Below are positions 34,740 to 46,685 of a stretch of DNA of 64,000 bases, piece after piece. Each line of letters starts with the position of its first letter. Positions within the stretch are counted from its first letter, which is position 1. Source of the stretch: Takakia lepidozioides (Eukaryota; Plantae; Bryophyta); contig CM060733.1 in the NCBI GenBank assembly GCA_030704615.1, positions 29,388,001 through 29,452,000 on the forward strand. Reading direction: 5' to 3'. The notes beneath the pieces are model-generated. The model did no database searches. It was not told the DNA's origin and worked only from the letters and a program-made list of their open reading frames with translations. The position numbers and the translations under genes were made by a program.

Positions 34740-35700
34740 GCTAATAATCCAGGTCAAGCAATTGAGATCCATTGCTTGCCCCAACACTTGACGACGTGAT
34801 GCCTCAGAAAGAGACGACACCGCCGTGGTACCAGTGGTAAAAACCCATTGCCCGCTCACGCTCGTCAGCATTAGGCTCCACTAACTGCTGCAACTGAGCA
34901 TCCACAGGAGGCCAGGTCCACTATCCCGGAAAGCATGCGATCCTGGGAAGCTGAGCAGTGTAGATAATGTTGCTCGTGGTTGACCCACCTTGTTGACCAC
35001 TGCCAAAGGCAAACGGTCATCGTGTCTCACACGCTGAGACTGCCTCACTGTGTCCAGAATGCTATCCACTGTGAGATGTGCTGGCCACTGCACCCCATCA
35101 AATGCACGCTTGAGCAGTGCGGGTGGCATCAAGTTAGTCCACCATAGTCGTGGACGATGAGCCCGTGACCCCACTGTAGCTGCACCTAGCAACACTGCTG
35201 ACCCAAGCCACGACCGGACTTGATGCACACTAGCCATCAGCCTGGCCCGAGAATCGCCCATCAGTGGCACATTCTCCAAGATGTATGCTGGAGATACAGC
35301 TTGATGAAGCTGCAAGTGGCGCAAAACCCGCACCATCTCCCAAAACAGACCCGACCTCGAGTCTCGCAATCCATTGCCATGCCCGGCTGATGAATGCCCT
35401 TGGCAGGGCCAACCTGCCACTACCAGATCAATGGAGCCAACCCGCTCCAAATCCTGCGCCCCTTGTAAAGAAATGTCTGTTGGCAAGGCCTGCTGATATC
35501 CACGAATTGCAGACACCGACAACAACTCAGGGTACCGCTGCACCAACTAAGCAACATGGCGAAGTGAAATGCGTCGTGCAGTCTCATCCCTCTCCACATA
35601 CAGATAACGCGGAACTCGTACACCTGCCTGTAATACAGCAGCCAATCCGGTGCTGATCCCGCCAAACAAGTCCAGAAGACAAATGCCTTCATCCGGATAC
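34740..35700 (-). pseudogene. DNMT3-like C5 cytosine methyltransferase domain of copy B
   Basis: LLDLFGGISTGL, IDLVVAGWPCQGHS, LFWEMVRVL, YILENV, AHRPRLWWTNL, RRQVLGQAMD. Confidence 0.93.
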
Positions 35701-35992
35701 TGCCACACAATAGGTGTGGTATCCAATGGAGACAACTGAGGTGGTCCTGGTGCAATCCCCGCACTCTCCTCCTCTCCTGACGGTACAAAAGCCTCCACAG
35801 CTTGTTGAACCCGTCGATCAGCATCCCGCTGCAAATCCTTGCTTGTGCCCCACAATGGAGTCTGAGCAACCATGGTAGGCAACTCCGCCATACCATACAT
35901 GTCATCCTCCTCTCCCGGAGGTGGCACATCCTCTGAATAAGCGTTGCCCTCAAACAACTCTCTAGGCGAACTCACTGTCGCTGTGAATGCTG

Positions 35993-38623
35993 CTATGTCG
36001 GCATCTTGCCTCGCTGGGCAACCGCAACTCCTCCTATGAACGTCACAGGGAGCTGCACACGCCGGCCCTCCCCTGACTGCCATGCAGGCCTATAGGAAGC
36101 TGACTCCTCCCAAAAATCCAGGGTGAAGCCCATGGGGTACAACACTGCCCTACCAACCAGGACATCGTATGAGACCGCGTCTGTCACAATGGCCTTGGCT
36201 CGCATCACTGAGCCATCTGTAGGGTGATCCGGCCGTAGTCTGATAGCCAACTCACGCCGTGTCATGCCCGAGCCTGCTCCAATCCTCCCAGAGACGTCTG
36301 TATCTGGAAAGGACAAGGCTCCATATCCGCCTCTGTGAGGCCCAAGCCTGCAATAGCAGCTCTGCCCAGCATCAATGGCTGAGCTCTCAAGTCCAACAAG
36401 ACCCGCAGTGGCCGGTACCTCTTGCCTGCCAGTCCACTCAAACAGAAAATGCCATCCTGGTTGTCTAACATGACAACTCCAGGTGTCACCATGGCGCGCT
36501 CAATGGCTGGCCTAGCTGGCAGCTCCATCAACCTGGCAGCTGCAGCTTGCCATGGCGCCACCGTAGCAGTCTTGACTCTCAAATCCGAGGATCCCTCCGG
36601 CACTACACCTCCCACTATCTCCGCAGAAGATGAAGTAACCTCCCCACTCTCACAAAGTGTAGCTGCCAGCCTGAACACCTCAGCTGGTCTTACCCCCGGC
36701 GTCGCAATCATGGTAGCCGAGAACAATGGAGCCTGGCACACAGATGTGGCCACTCCTAGCAGCACACTAGCTGCCGTAGCCTTGGCAACACTAGGTAGTG
36801 GTGCTACCAGTGTAGCTCTCCCCAATGGCATAGTAACCTCCGCCTTGGTAACAGTCGGGCGAGAACTAGGTGCTATGGATGGCGTCGACACTGTCTCCGC
36901 CAATGTGAATGACTGAGGAAGCCTAGCCCGACGGCTTTGCCTCCCCACGCTGTGGATCAACTCCACCTCTGCACCTCGTGGCTCAGAACTCGTGCTGCTC
37001 CTCGAGTCACACGGCTGCAGCAGACTCCACCTGCAACTAGTGGTAGTGCTTCTCCACACATGAATCGCCATGCCTCCCATATCTCCTCCCTCAGGAGCAG
37101 GAGGTGGACCATCCGGCCTAGAGCCTTACCACCAGAGCTGTAGCCATGGCAGGCGAGCCTCTCTGCTCTAGCTGCTGAGCCGGTTGGCCATGCCTTTGTC
37201 AACACCTGACCTCCGCGTCCTTGGCCATGTTGAGGCTTGCCCCTTGGCCTGCACCTTGTGTGACTGGCCACCCTCGTCCTCTTTGGGCTGCTCCACTCGC
37301 CCCGGCCACCATTGTTCCCTGGAACTGGCCTGGGCGCAACACAAGATGCAAACCATAACACTGGGCCTCTCCATGCCCGTGCTTGCCACAATGCCCACAT
37401 GCTTTTAACTGTGCAGGTTGTGCATGTGCTGGCCCTTTGCTCGCGCTCTGGGCAATCCTTCTTGACATGGGGTCCTCCACATGTCCAGCACACCACATCC
37501 GCCCGTTGTTGGCCGGCAAATGAAGGGAGAGACCCCTGCATCTGAGGTCCTTTCTGCCCTTCCCTGAGCTTCACCTGAGCCCCCTTGTTGCCTTGAGCAC
37601 GTTGAGGTAGTGGTTGGCTAGGAGCACCACCCCCCGTGGTGTCTCTTTAGCAAATCCCACCATGACCACTCGTTCCTCACCATATTGAGCTCTATCCGCT
37701 TTGCCAGCAAAAACACATTTGCTAAGGTGGGTTGGGCGCTTGGGATTGTAGAGAGAGTTGCATCCCGCACCCTTCTCCTCAGCTCCTTGTCAATATCCCA
37801 TACCAGAATTGGACTGCCTGAGCTTCCGTAACCCCTTGGGTTACATTTATCAAGCGCCTCATGCGAGTGAAAGCCTCCCTCAAGCTCTCGGTCGGCTTCC
37901 GTTGGAACTCTTGCAAGCTCCGCAACTTCTCTGTCCTCACCCCTTGGTAGTTCCCTCTCAACTCTTCGAAGAACTCCACAACAGGGTTGAAGGCAGGCAC
38001 GGGTACTAGTGCTGGTGCGGTAGTGGCTTGGGTGACGTCGTAGCTACTGTACCACCAGTCCCACTAGTCCCACTGCTACTTGCTGAAGCTGCCGGTGCAG
38101 CGGCAGGTGTAGCCACTGCCCTCGTGGCTCTAGTGCCCCTAGTGATGGAGACATAGTCGGGTGACCAGTACATCCTCCACTCCTCGATCTCAACCTCATG
38201 CCCCCGCCTGAACTCATGGTAATCATCCATAGGCGGCCCCTCAAGGTGCTGAAACAGCCCCTTCCATGCCATGAAAGGCGTAAATAGTTGTGGATTGCGC
38301 ATTTGCTGCAAATCACACCAACTATCAAACTCTTGGATAAAATCATCCAACTCGATGGTGCCCACCGCCCCAGAGTACCTTCGTGGCCCCTTGGTAGCTC
38401 CATACATCTCCTCCATTGTGTCCCACAACAATGGCAAAGAAACAACTTGCACCGCCGGTATGAGTCCTCCTGATTCACAATCCGAATCAGAACCTTCCGT
38501 AGAAGACACAGGAGGTGAAGGTGGCCTAAACCGCACACCTCGTCTCGTGTACCCACTAGTATCGCTAGTGCTCGAACCGGCACTGTCCCCAGCAACTAGT
38601 GGCACCTCCGTGTTGACACTCAA
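35993..38623 (-). pseudogene. Gag, zinc knuckles and protease of copy B (many frameshifts)
   Basis: Collinear with copy A: YSGAVGTIELDDFIQEFDSW, CWTCGGPHVKKDC, CGHCGKHGHGEAQC, VLLDLRAQPLML. Confidence 0.88.
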
Positions 38624-38899
38624 CCGGTCATGAACATGTCCCTAACCCCCTCTCCACAAGGTAACCGGGTAGAGAACCTGTTGCGGCTTATGGTTTGGAA
38701 TACTAAGTTCCTAACATAGCCTACACCTGTATTTGCATGACCATTGGATATCAGTGATTACTCCTCAAACCGCCCTCCACGAGCTTCAAAATTTGGCCTT
38801 CAAGACCACATGCCAGTCCTTAGGCAGTCCACCAGTGCCTCCAGATCAGCACAGGCCCGTCCACAGGTCAACACGGGCCACCACATACCAGCACAGGCC

Positions 38900-39880
38900 C
38901 ACACAGCTCACTGGTCACAGCCGTCAGCCCCAACAGGCCACTGGGCTTAGCCGTCACAGCCCGCCGCAGCCTGTTTACAGCCCTCGACAGCTCGTCACGC
39001 CCCCGCAGCCTGTTTTACAGCCCTCACAGCTCGTCACAGCTCGCCACAGCCTTCCACAGCCCATCACAGCCTCACAGGCCACATGGCATAGCCTGTCATA
39101 GCCCCCAATACTCACACATCCTGTAACAGCCCCGTCACAGCCCCACAGGCCCAGGCACAGCCTCTCATAGCCCCTCACAGCCGTCACAGCTTGCCACAGC
39201 CCGTCACAGTCCCACAGGCCACAAGGCGCAGCCTGTCACAGCCCGTCACAGCCCCATAGGCCATAGGGCATAGCTGTCACAGCCCCTCACAGCCCGTCAC
39301 AGCCCCATGGCCACTGGGCTTAGCCTTCACAGCCCTCACAGCCGTCACAGCTCGCCACAGCCTGTCACAGCCCCACAGCCACGGGCACAACTTGTCACAA
39401 CCCGCCACAGCCTGTCACAGCCCACACAGCCCGTCACAGCCCCACAGGCCACTGGGCATAGCATGTCACAGCCCATCACAGCCCCACAGGCCACAGGGCA
39501 CAGCCTGTCACAGCCCCTTATAGCCCGTCACAGCCCCACACCACGGGGCACAGCTGTCAAGCCCCTCACAGCCCGTCACAACCCCACAGGCCATTGGGCA
39601 CAGCCTGCACAGCCTATCACAGCCCCTCACAGCCCCAAAGGCCTCAGGCATGGCCTACACAGCCCCTCACAGCCCCTCACAGCCCCAAGGCCTCAGGCAC
39701 GGCCTGTCACAGCCCCTCACAGCCCATCACAGCCCCAAAGGCCACGGGCCCAGCCTGTCACAGCCTCTCACAGCCCGTCACAGCCCCAAAGCCAAGGGCG
39801 CAGCCCATCACAGCCCGTCACAGCCCCAAAAGGCCACCGGCATAGCCCCTCACAGCCCGTCACAGCCCCATCCATGGCCG
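38900..39880. repeat. ~1-kb degenerate minisatellite (TCACAGCCC core) in the leader of copy B
   Basis: Dozens of CACAGCC units in short higher-order blocks. Confidence 0.92.
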
Positions 39881-41404
39881 CTCTGGCAGTTTAGCCATTT
39901 CTCCAAGGGGTTTAGCCACGCTAAGCTAGGGTTTGTGTCTCTTGGACTCTAGGCTTCTTTCCACCGAGCTATGGCGGCTGTGAGGAAATCAGCAAGGTAT
40001 TCTTGCTCTTTCGGCTCCCACACACCACCATAGTAGCCCTAAGCCATGAGGTGGTTGCCACAAACCAAGCCTTCTTTTCTCAATGGCAAACAACCAAAGC
40101 CCTGCTGGTTCCCAGCCCTTGTGAGCACTCATTCAAGCACTCTCCTTGGCCATAGCATCTGTCTTAGAGCCTATTCCAGCCCCCTACACTTGCTGCTTCA
40201 AGAGTTGCGCTCCCTTCAAGCTTGAAGTTGAAACCCCAACTCTTATAGGCCCTACAAGTGCTTTTCTTTCACTCCAAGTGGAAACCAGCCCTAGACCTTC
40301 CGTTCTAGCTCTCTAAAGCTGAAAACAAGAGCCTCAATGGGCTGAAGGCATGCTCCACACATGCCCCACTCTCACCATAAGAGAATCAGCTCCTTTGCTT
40401 CATTTCTTGCACCCACAAACCTGAAAATACAAGCTTCAGCAGGTTGAAAGCATGCTCCACATGCCCTACAGGGAAACCAGCCCCTTCCTTCCTTTCTTGC
40501 ACTCCACACCCGAAAGTGCAAGCCTTCACCAGGCTGATAGTATGCTCCACACATGCATTGCCCTCACATAAGGGAAGTCAGCCCTTCCCTCTTCCTTGCT
40601 TGCCCTCCAAGCTTGAAGATGAAAGCTTCAATGAGCTTAATACATGCTCCACACATGCAACCTCTTCACACAAGAGATATCAGCCCCCTATCTTGGCTCC
40701 TTGGCTCCTTGATGCTCTCTAAGACAAGACTAAGCACTCCATAGCCCTTGCCAAGCTGAAACCCTAAGGCTTACATTTCCAGCCACAAGACACTCATCTT
40801 GTGGTGCAAGAACTTTTCTTCCAAACTCTGAAACCCTAGGTACACATTCCATGGCCTTGCCGCACCTCTTAGCTCCTGTTCCAGCCCCGCTCTTGCCATG
40901 GCAAGAGCCCTCATACCGCTGGAGTTTCAGATTGAAACCCCCAACTCAACATAGCCACAAATGCATTGGCTTGCATACAAGAGAAATCAGCCATCTCTCT
41001 TCACTCATACCTCCTTATGAGCTTGAAGTTGGAGCTCCCGATAACTGTGACTTACATCTAACACCCTCGCAGCTCCACTTTGCTGCAGCTCCTTAACTTG
41101 GCCTGCAGCTGAAGAAGACGACCACCCGTTCACCCACTCGAGACCAGCATCTCCCCCGCTTCACACTAGAAGCCCAAACTTGGTTGCCATAGCGTTGAGC
41201 TATGCAACGCCGCTCTTCAACATAGGCTACCCGCCTCTCTATCTATTGCAAACCTGCAACCTGTTCGCCTTTGCACTCTATCTACTTTGGATAGGCTCAT
41301 GCACGGATCCCTGCACTCTAGGCTAAACCGCTTCTCATGAAAACACAAGTGCTACAAAACAACTCGAACCTGGCACTCACAGACTTGAGCTGATCTTTCT
41401 CGAG

Positions 41405-41731
41405 TGATAACGAAGAAGAATACAAGCACAAGCTCATGCGAGCTCACAAAGCTGAAGCATAAACTCATGCATATATAACCTCATCACTCAAATACAAGTC
41501 AAGCCAAGTGCACCCCACGCCATGGGGAATCCACACTACGGCGCCATAGCTAGGCGCGGTGAGGCTCAACTCGAGAAAGATGAGCCTCCCGCGCTTGCCG
41601 TGAAGATAACCACTCCAGGGCCTAAATTTGCCTTGACCCCTGGATTGACACTTGGGCCAATCCCAAATGTCAATATGTAAAAGCTAGCTATTTCCTAGCT
41701 AGTTTCACACTAGTGGTAAAATAACTTGACA
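41405..41731 (-). repeat. Repeat X, 5' terminus of copy B
   Basis: Minus strand reads TGTCAAG...TTATCA, followed by the PBS-position sequence CTCGAGAAAGAT. Confidence 0.95.
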
Positions 41732-43815
41732 CACATACAAAGCGATAATGGTAATGAAACGGTTGAAACGATTAATGTACACATTAGAGTCGGATGAACT
41801 AGGAATCCAACACCATGAAGGTCAGTGTCAATGGGCTCATACCACACTTGAGGAGCTTGTTTAAGGCCATGAAGGCTACGGAGCAACTGATACACATTTG
41901 TTTCGTGGCCAGGTTTAACAAAGCCTTCAGGTTGAGACATATATATAGAGAGAGAGAAGACTCCGGCCGAAGCCGGCGTAACTAAGAGCCACTTTGCCCT
42001 ATGGCTACTATCCCCTTTCGGGGGTGGTTGAGACATATATAGTACTATGCAAAGTAAATTACTATGCAAAAAAGTTGTCTTAACATCCATTTGATGGACC
42101 TCCCAGTTATGGACCGCAACCAAGGCTAACAAAGTATGAATTGAAGTTATCTTAACAACACGAGAAAATGTGTCTTGATAATCAACCCCTATCACTTGAG
42201 AATAGCCCTTGGGCATAAGATGTGCATTATACCGTTCAACGATGCCATTGGCTTTAAGTTTAATTTTAAACAACCATTTGCAACAAATGGGCTTACGGCC
42301 TACCGGCAATGCAACTAAGTCCCAAGTATGATTCTTGATGAGAGAGTCATATTCAGAGGTGATCGCCGCTTGCCAATATTGAGAGTCAGATCGAGAGTTG
42401 ATGGTCTCTTGATAAGACAAAGGCTCTGTCAAATTAGGGACACTCTAATGATAATTAGGATATTTAGGATTAGGCTTGAGTTTCCTACCGTATCGAGAGG
42501 TAGAGGATGTAGGAGTAAGTTTATCAAAGGTAAACCCAAAAAAGTCAAGTCCGGGAAATGCTCCCACAACATCAGCCCCACTGGTTGACTTGGAAGGGAG
42601 AATTGTACCTCTGCAATAGGGGTCATCGTCATGATCAGAATAAAATAATGGATTATTAACCAGAGATTGGTGGGAAGGCGTGGAGACTAGAAACTAATGA
42701 CCAGAGGAGGGAGACCTGGAAGAGGTTGGGGAACATTAGGAACGTGTGGATGTGGAACCATAAGAGGGACAACATTATTATATAGGGGCCCCACCACAAA
42801 CTTATCAAGTTCTGAAGTAGGTGGTATAACCTCAGAGCATCCCCACTCTACGCCTCTATGGACCCTGCACCCGTACTTCTCGTATGTAGGTTCAGATTCG
42901 CCTCCAAACGTACCACACCTTTGCCCCACTACCGTATACGCCGTTAAGGGCGGACACTGAACCGCCTCTCTTTCACTGAATACGTGCACAATATTCAGTC
43001 TCCTACATCCGTTCTTGAACCGAGTCGTCCCGACCATGGATATGTCAGAACGCACCGCCCAGCCTCTCCCGCGTTGGTAGTGAAGGTAGGCGGTGGGTCT
43101 CGAACGTGATATGAGAACATCACTGGAAACTCCAACAAGGCGGGAACATAGGATGCAGGGGCGTAACGAGGGGCAAAGGTGTGGCTACAGGCAGCCAACC
43201 CCTTCATACACCTTTCGAGAGTCCTAAACCAACCCCTTCACAATAGCTATAGAGGGGCCATTTCAGTGAGAAGGGTGGGGATGCTCTCATGTACAACTGC
43301 TGTAACACGTTTTTCTCCGAAAAGAGTGGTGGTTTCGGAGGAACGAAGAAGCGGGGCGCAAAAGAGCTTTTAGACTTGCACATGGCGCTTCCAAGCTCTG
43401 CCCGGGCACTAACGTTCCCACACCAAAATGCCCTCAGAGCCTTTTGAGGCTTCATTTTCCAACCCATCAAGAGCAAGGCATGCCATTACCTAGAAATTGC
43501 ATAATAAAAAGCAAGGAGTCAATTCGTCAACCCTGGTCCATATTGGATTTCGGTGCCCCCTTGGTTTTAAGGGTGCCGAATGTAGGAAAGCTCAATTCCT
43601 GTTCAGTCGTTTTGTAAATCTTCTTGAAAAATTACATCATGACTAAAAATGGTTGTCTTAGCTTAAATGTCATAAAGCCGATAATCTTTGGTAGATTCGC
43701 CATATCCCAAGAAGCCACATTGATGGGTTTTACTATCCCAATTTTTCTATGCTCCTTAAGAAGATGAGCATAAGCATAGCATCTAATATTCTCAAATGAG
43801 ATATAAAAGGCTTAA

Positions 43816-44433
43816 CCCTTAAACACTCAACAGACCCAAAACGGGTTTCAGGGTCCACTCAAACGTAAATTGCATTTTCGGATCTACTTCAAATTGTATG
43901 AAATTAGTGCCATCGAGTGGCCCCTATCGTAGATTGGGCAATTGATTGCCCTAATTTCGAGTTAAAGCAAAGTTGTCTCCCGCAAGCAAGTGGGTCAGAT
44001 TTTGAAGGTAATTCTGTCTTTTTCATGTGAAGATTTCTTCATGTGTGTGTGAAAGAGGTATAATTAAGGGATCTCACCAGGTTAGACCAAGTGGCAGCCC
44101 TATATGTGTTGGCCAAATTGGATGGTTTTTGGCTTGTTGGATGAGGGATCCCAAGAGGATGAAGCTTGCCAAATCTCGCCTCACTTTCACTCAAATCTTT
44201 AAAACATTGCTACAAAATGCTATGTTTATCTAATGCGCCCCAATAATGGATCCCACATTTAATGGTGTTGTATTCTGGATCTGGGGTTGATTGCCCTGGA
44301 AATTGGCAGGTGGGTGCAGGAGGAAGATACGCACATAATGTGTTAAAACGTCAATTTCTAGAAGTTACACCATTTTTTCACTACGGGGGTCTTTATTTTT
44401 TAAAGTCAAACTAGGGCCATGAGCGTTTAAGGG
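43816..44433. mobile_element. Non-autonomous piggyBac-like element
   Basis: TTAA TSDs (43812-43815 and 44434-44437); 14-bp TIR CCCTTAAAC(A/G)CTCA; interrupts the Copia integrase region. Confidence 0.8.
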
Positions 44434-46509
44434 TTAAGACCAGTAAGGGCTTTAGCCCAAAACGTAAGAGGAAGATTTGCAAAGTGTAACATACATCTGG
44501 TGGATTCAACCAACGTACGGTTTAACCAACGTACGGTTCTTCCTCTTAGCGACACCATTTTGTTGTGGTTTGTAGGAAAATATATATTGATGTATAATTC
44601 CATTTTCAGCACAAAATGTTTTGAATATTGCCAGATAAATATTCACCACCGATGCATAAAATCTTGATTTGCTTATTAGTTTGTTTTTATGCCAGTGCTT
44701 TATCTGTCTTGAAAGTATGCAAAGCTTTCCTTATGAAGGTTGACAATGGTGTACCTGCTAATCATCAATATACGTTAAATATGGCATGACCTCTTGATTG
44801 TGTTTGCATGGGCCCGCATGTATCTACAAGAGATAAAAGGGCATATGTCTTTTTACCTCCTTAGGAAACTTCTGCCATTTTTGTTTGCCCTGAAAACAGC
44901 CATGACATAATGGAAATTTATATAAGGGAGCCGAAGCAAAGCCATGGACAGCTTGATTGTCTGCATGAGCCTCAGCTTGGATTAATTGACATGAGCACAC
45001 CTTTGACGCCATATAGCTATCATATATAGTTATCATTCTTGGATTTTCTGACTGTATGTAAAGCAAGAGGCTCATGATCTAAAAGCAACAGCTACTGAAT
45101 AGCTGATTTAGATGTCTATATCTGATAAATCTAAACAGGAGACTCTAATCTCATTCAGTGCTGGTAGGGAGAAGCACCAACTCCGGGGCTACAAAAAGCC
45201 ATCATGATGAACCTTGAAGCAGGTACCTCTTAGCTGATCATGATCTCTGAAGCTTCGCTGTAAGTATCTGAATCTCAAAGGGAAACTCTAGAGAGTCGAC
45301 CCCCCCCCCCTCCTTGACACTGGGCATGTGAGAGATGACAAAATATGGACACACAGTGAAGGAGGAGAGATTATGACCCCTTCCGAGTTAACTGCAATAA
45401 CTAATAATGGGTCAGGTTTGTTGGAAAGCAGGCCAGAGTCTAGAGACCATGTCACTTGAAGCTTTTTGCATTACGGGAGGAAGGTTACAGAGTAAAATTG
45501 TGCTGTAAAAAGCGAAGGTCTAGTGCAGCCAGGGTTGTGGGTGGGTCGGAGTGCCAATTGATTTTGTCAACCGAGGAGCTGGGAAAACATCACAAGGAGG
45601 GAGAGGGAGGAGGAGGCTCAAGAACAACTGGGGAGAGAGCGGTTGCTTATCTAAGGAATCCCTCCCTCCACAAGTGTTAAGTGTTAACTCTCTAGCCTAT
45701 GTTTGTCACACTTTCTATAATCCTGCCATTTACGAAGGCCATATTCATTTGTTCTCAGTTATGGTCCTCCCTCCTTTACTATAATCTTTGGGTGTAAGTT
45801 TAGTAATTGTTGTTGTTGCATAGTAAGAGATTTTTTAATTAGATGATGGTTGAGGTTCCAATTTTTTATTTTCTAAGGGGGCGGCTTGCAGAGCCTACCA
45901 AAGGGAGGCGGGAGAATCCTAATAAAATGTATACCCCCCTTACCCTCCTTATATAGTTTTTGGAGGCGGTGGTGGAGCTTTCTAGAAGGGGGCCACCGCC
46001 TCATCCCGCTGCTTCTGGAAAGATCTAGAAGTAGAAGGAGGGCGGCCTCGTCTTCTGCACATGTCTTGGGCCCACCGTCCCATCCCATGCCGTATAAAAA
46101 AAAATCGTCCAGCTGTCTATGTCCCATCGACCCTCCTACTTCTACGCTAGCGCCTCCTCCTGTGGCCCCACTAATTCGCTCTTCCCACAATGTCGGGTTG
46201 CCTGACCTCCCCAAACTGGGCAAATGAGTTGGGGTTACATAGTGGGCACTAAATAAGTATTATTTTGTAAGAAGTAATAGAACAATGGGCTCTCTTGCTT
46301 TGGCAAAACATAAAACGGAGGTGAGACTAAGGGGCACAAACTCAAAGAGAACACACCAATCAGAGCCTTAACACGGTGTAAGGTGCTTTGACCACATTTT
46401 CCCGGTTTGACTTCAACACGATGCACAGTCTCTCTTCTACATAAGAGTGCCAACAAAAGCATGGAATACATTCAACCTCACCTATTGTAATTATGAATAG
46501 AAAACCAAG

Positions 46510-46685
46510 TTGTAGTCAGACTTGGTAAGGGGGCACATACCACCTCGGAAGTGGTTATGGGTTCAATGTCCAATCCACCTTTTGGTATCACAAAGGTGTC
46601 CACCTTCCCTGCTGGAAGGCACTAGAGCACTTCCGGATCAAGAGACACCTTAATTTATGCTTCCTTCGGAGGCGTCATACTTTTT
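46510..46685 (+). mobile_element. tRNA-derived SINE, related to the 11372-11542 copy
   Basis: GGGCACATACCAC..GTGGTTATGGGTTCAA head and TTCCTTCGGAGGCGTCATAC 3' end shared with the other copies. Confidence 0.7.

Larger units (their letters stand above)
30338..41731 (-). mobile_element. Complete Gypsy-type DNMT/PHD retrotransposon copy B with split direct repeats
   Basis: TG...CA ends, CACA TSD (30334-30337 and 41732-41735), full gag-PR-DNMT-RT-RH-IN-PHD order, X...Y-X-Y terminal repeats. Confidence 0.95.
30058..45075 (-). mobile_element. Degenerate Ty1/Copia element interrupted by copy B and a piggyBac-like MITE
   Basis: GAG-pre-integrase CHGCFQGKQ, integrase LNRTLVESTRCML..FWAKA, RT (EPLSYQE, NHTWDLV, VHQMDVKT, LKQAPQVW). 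LYV|DD is split at 41732/30337. RNase H tail NIADIFTKSL. Confidence 0.88.

Noticed and set aside
36900-38050. Programmed frameshifting in gag-pol
   Set aside because: The indels are numerous and not shared between copies A and B; decay or read errors are more likely.
39307-39952. S/P/T/Q-rich mucin-like ORFs
   Set aside because: They arise from a stop-poor minisatellite that is open in several frames.
30338-41731. Classifying copy B as a DIRS/Ngaro tyrosine-recombinase element because of the split repeats
   Set aside because: It encodes an HHCC+DDE integrase and a protease, has TG...CA ends and a TSD, and no tyrosine recombinase ORF was seen.
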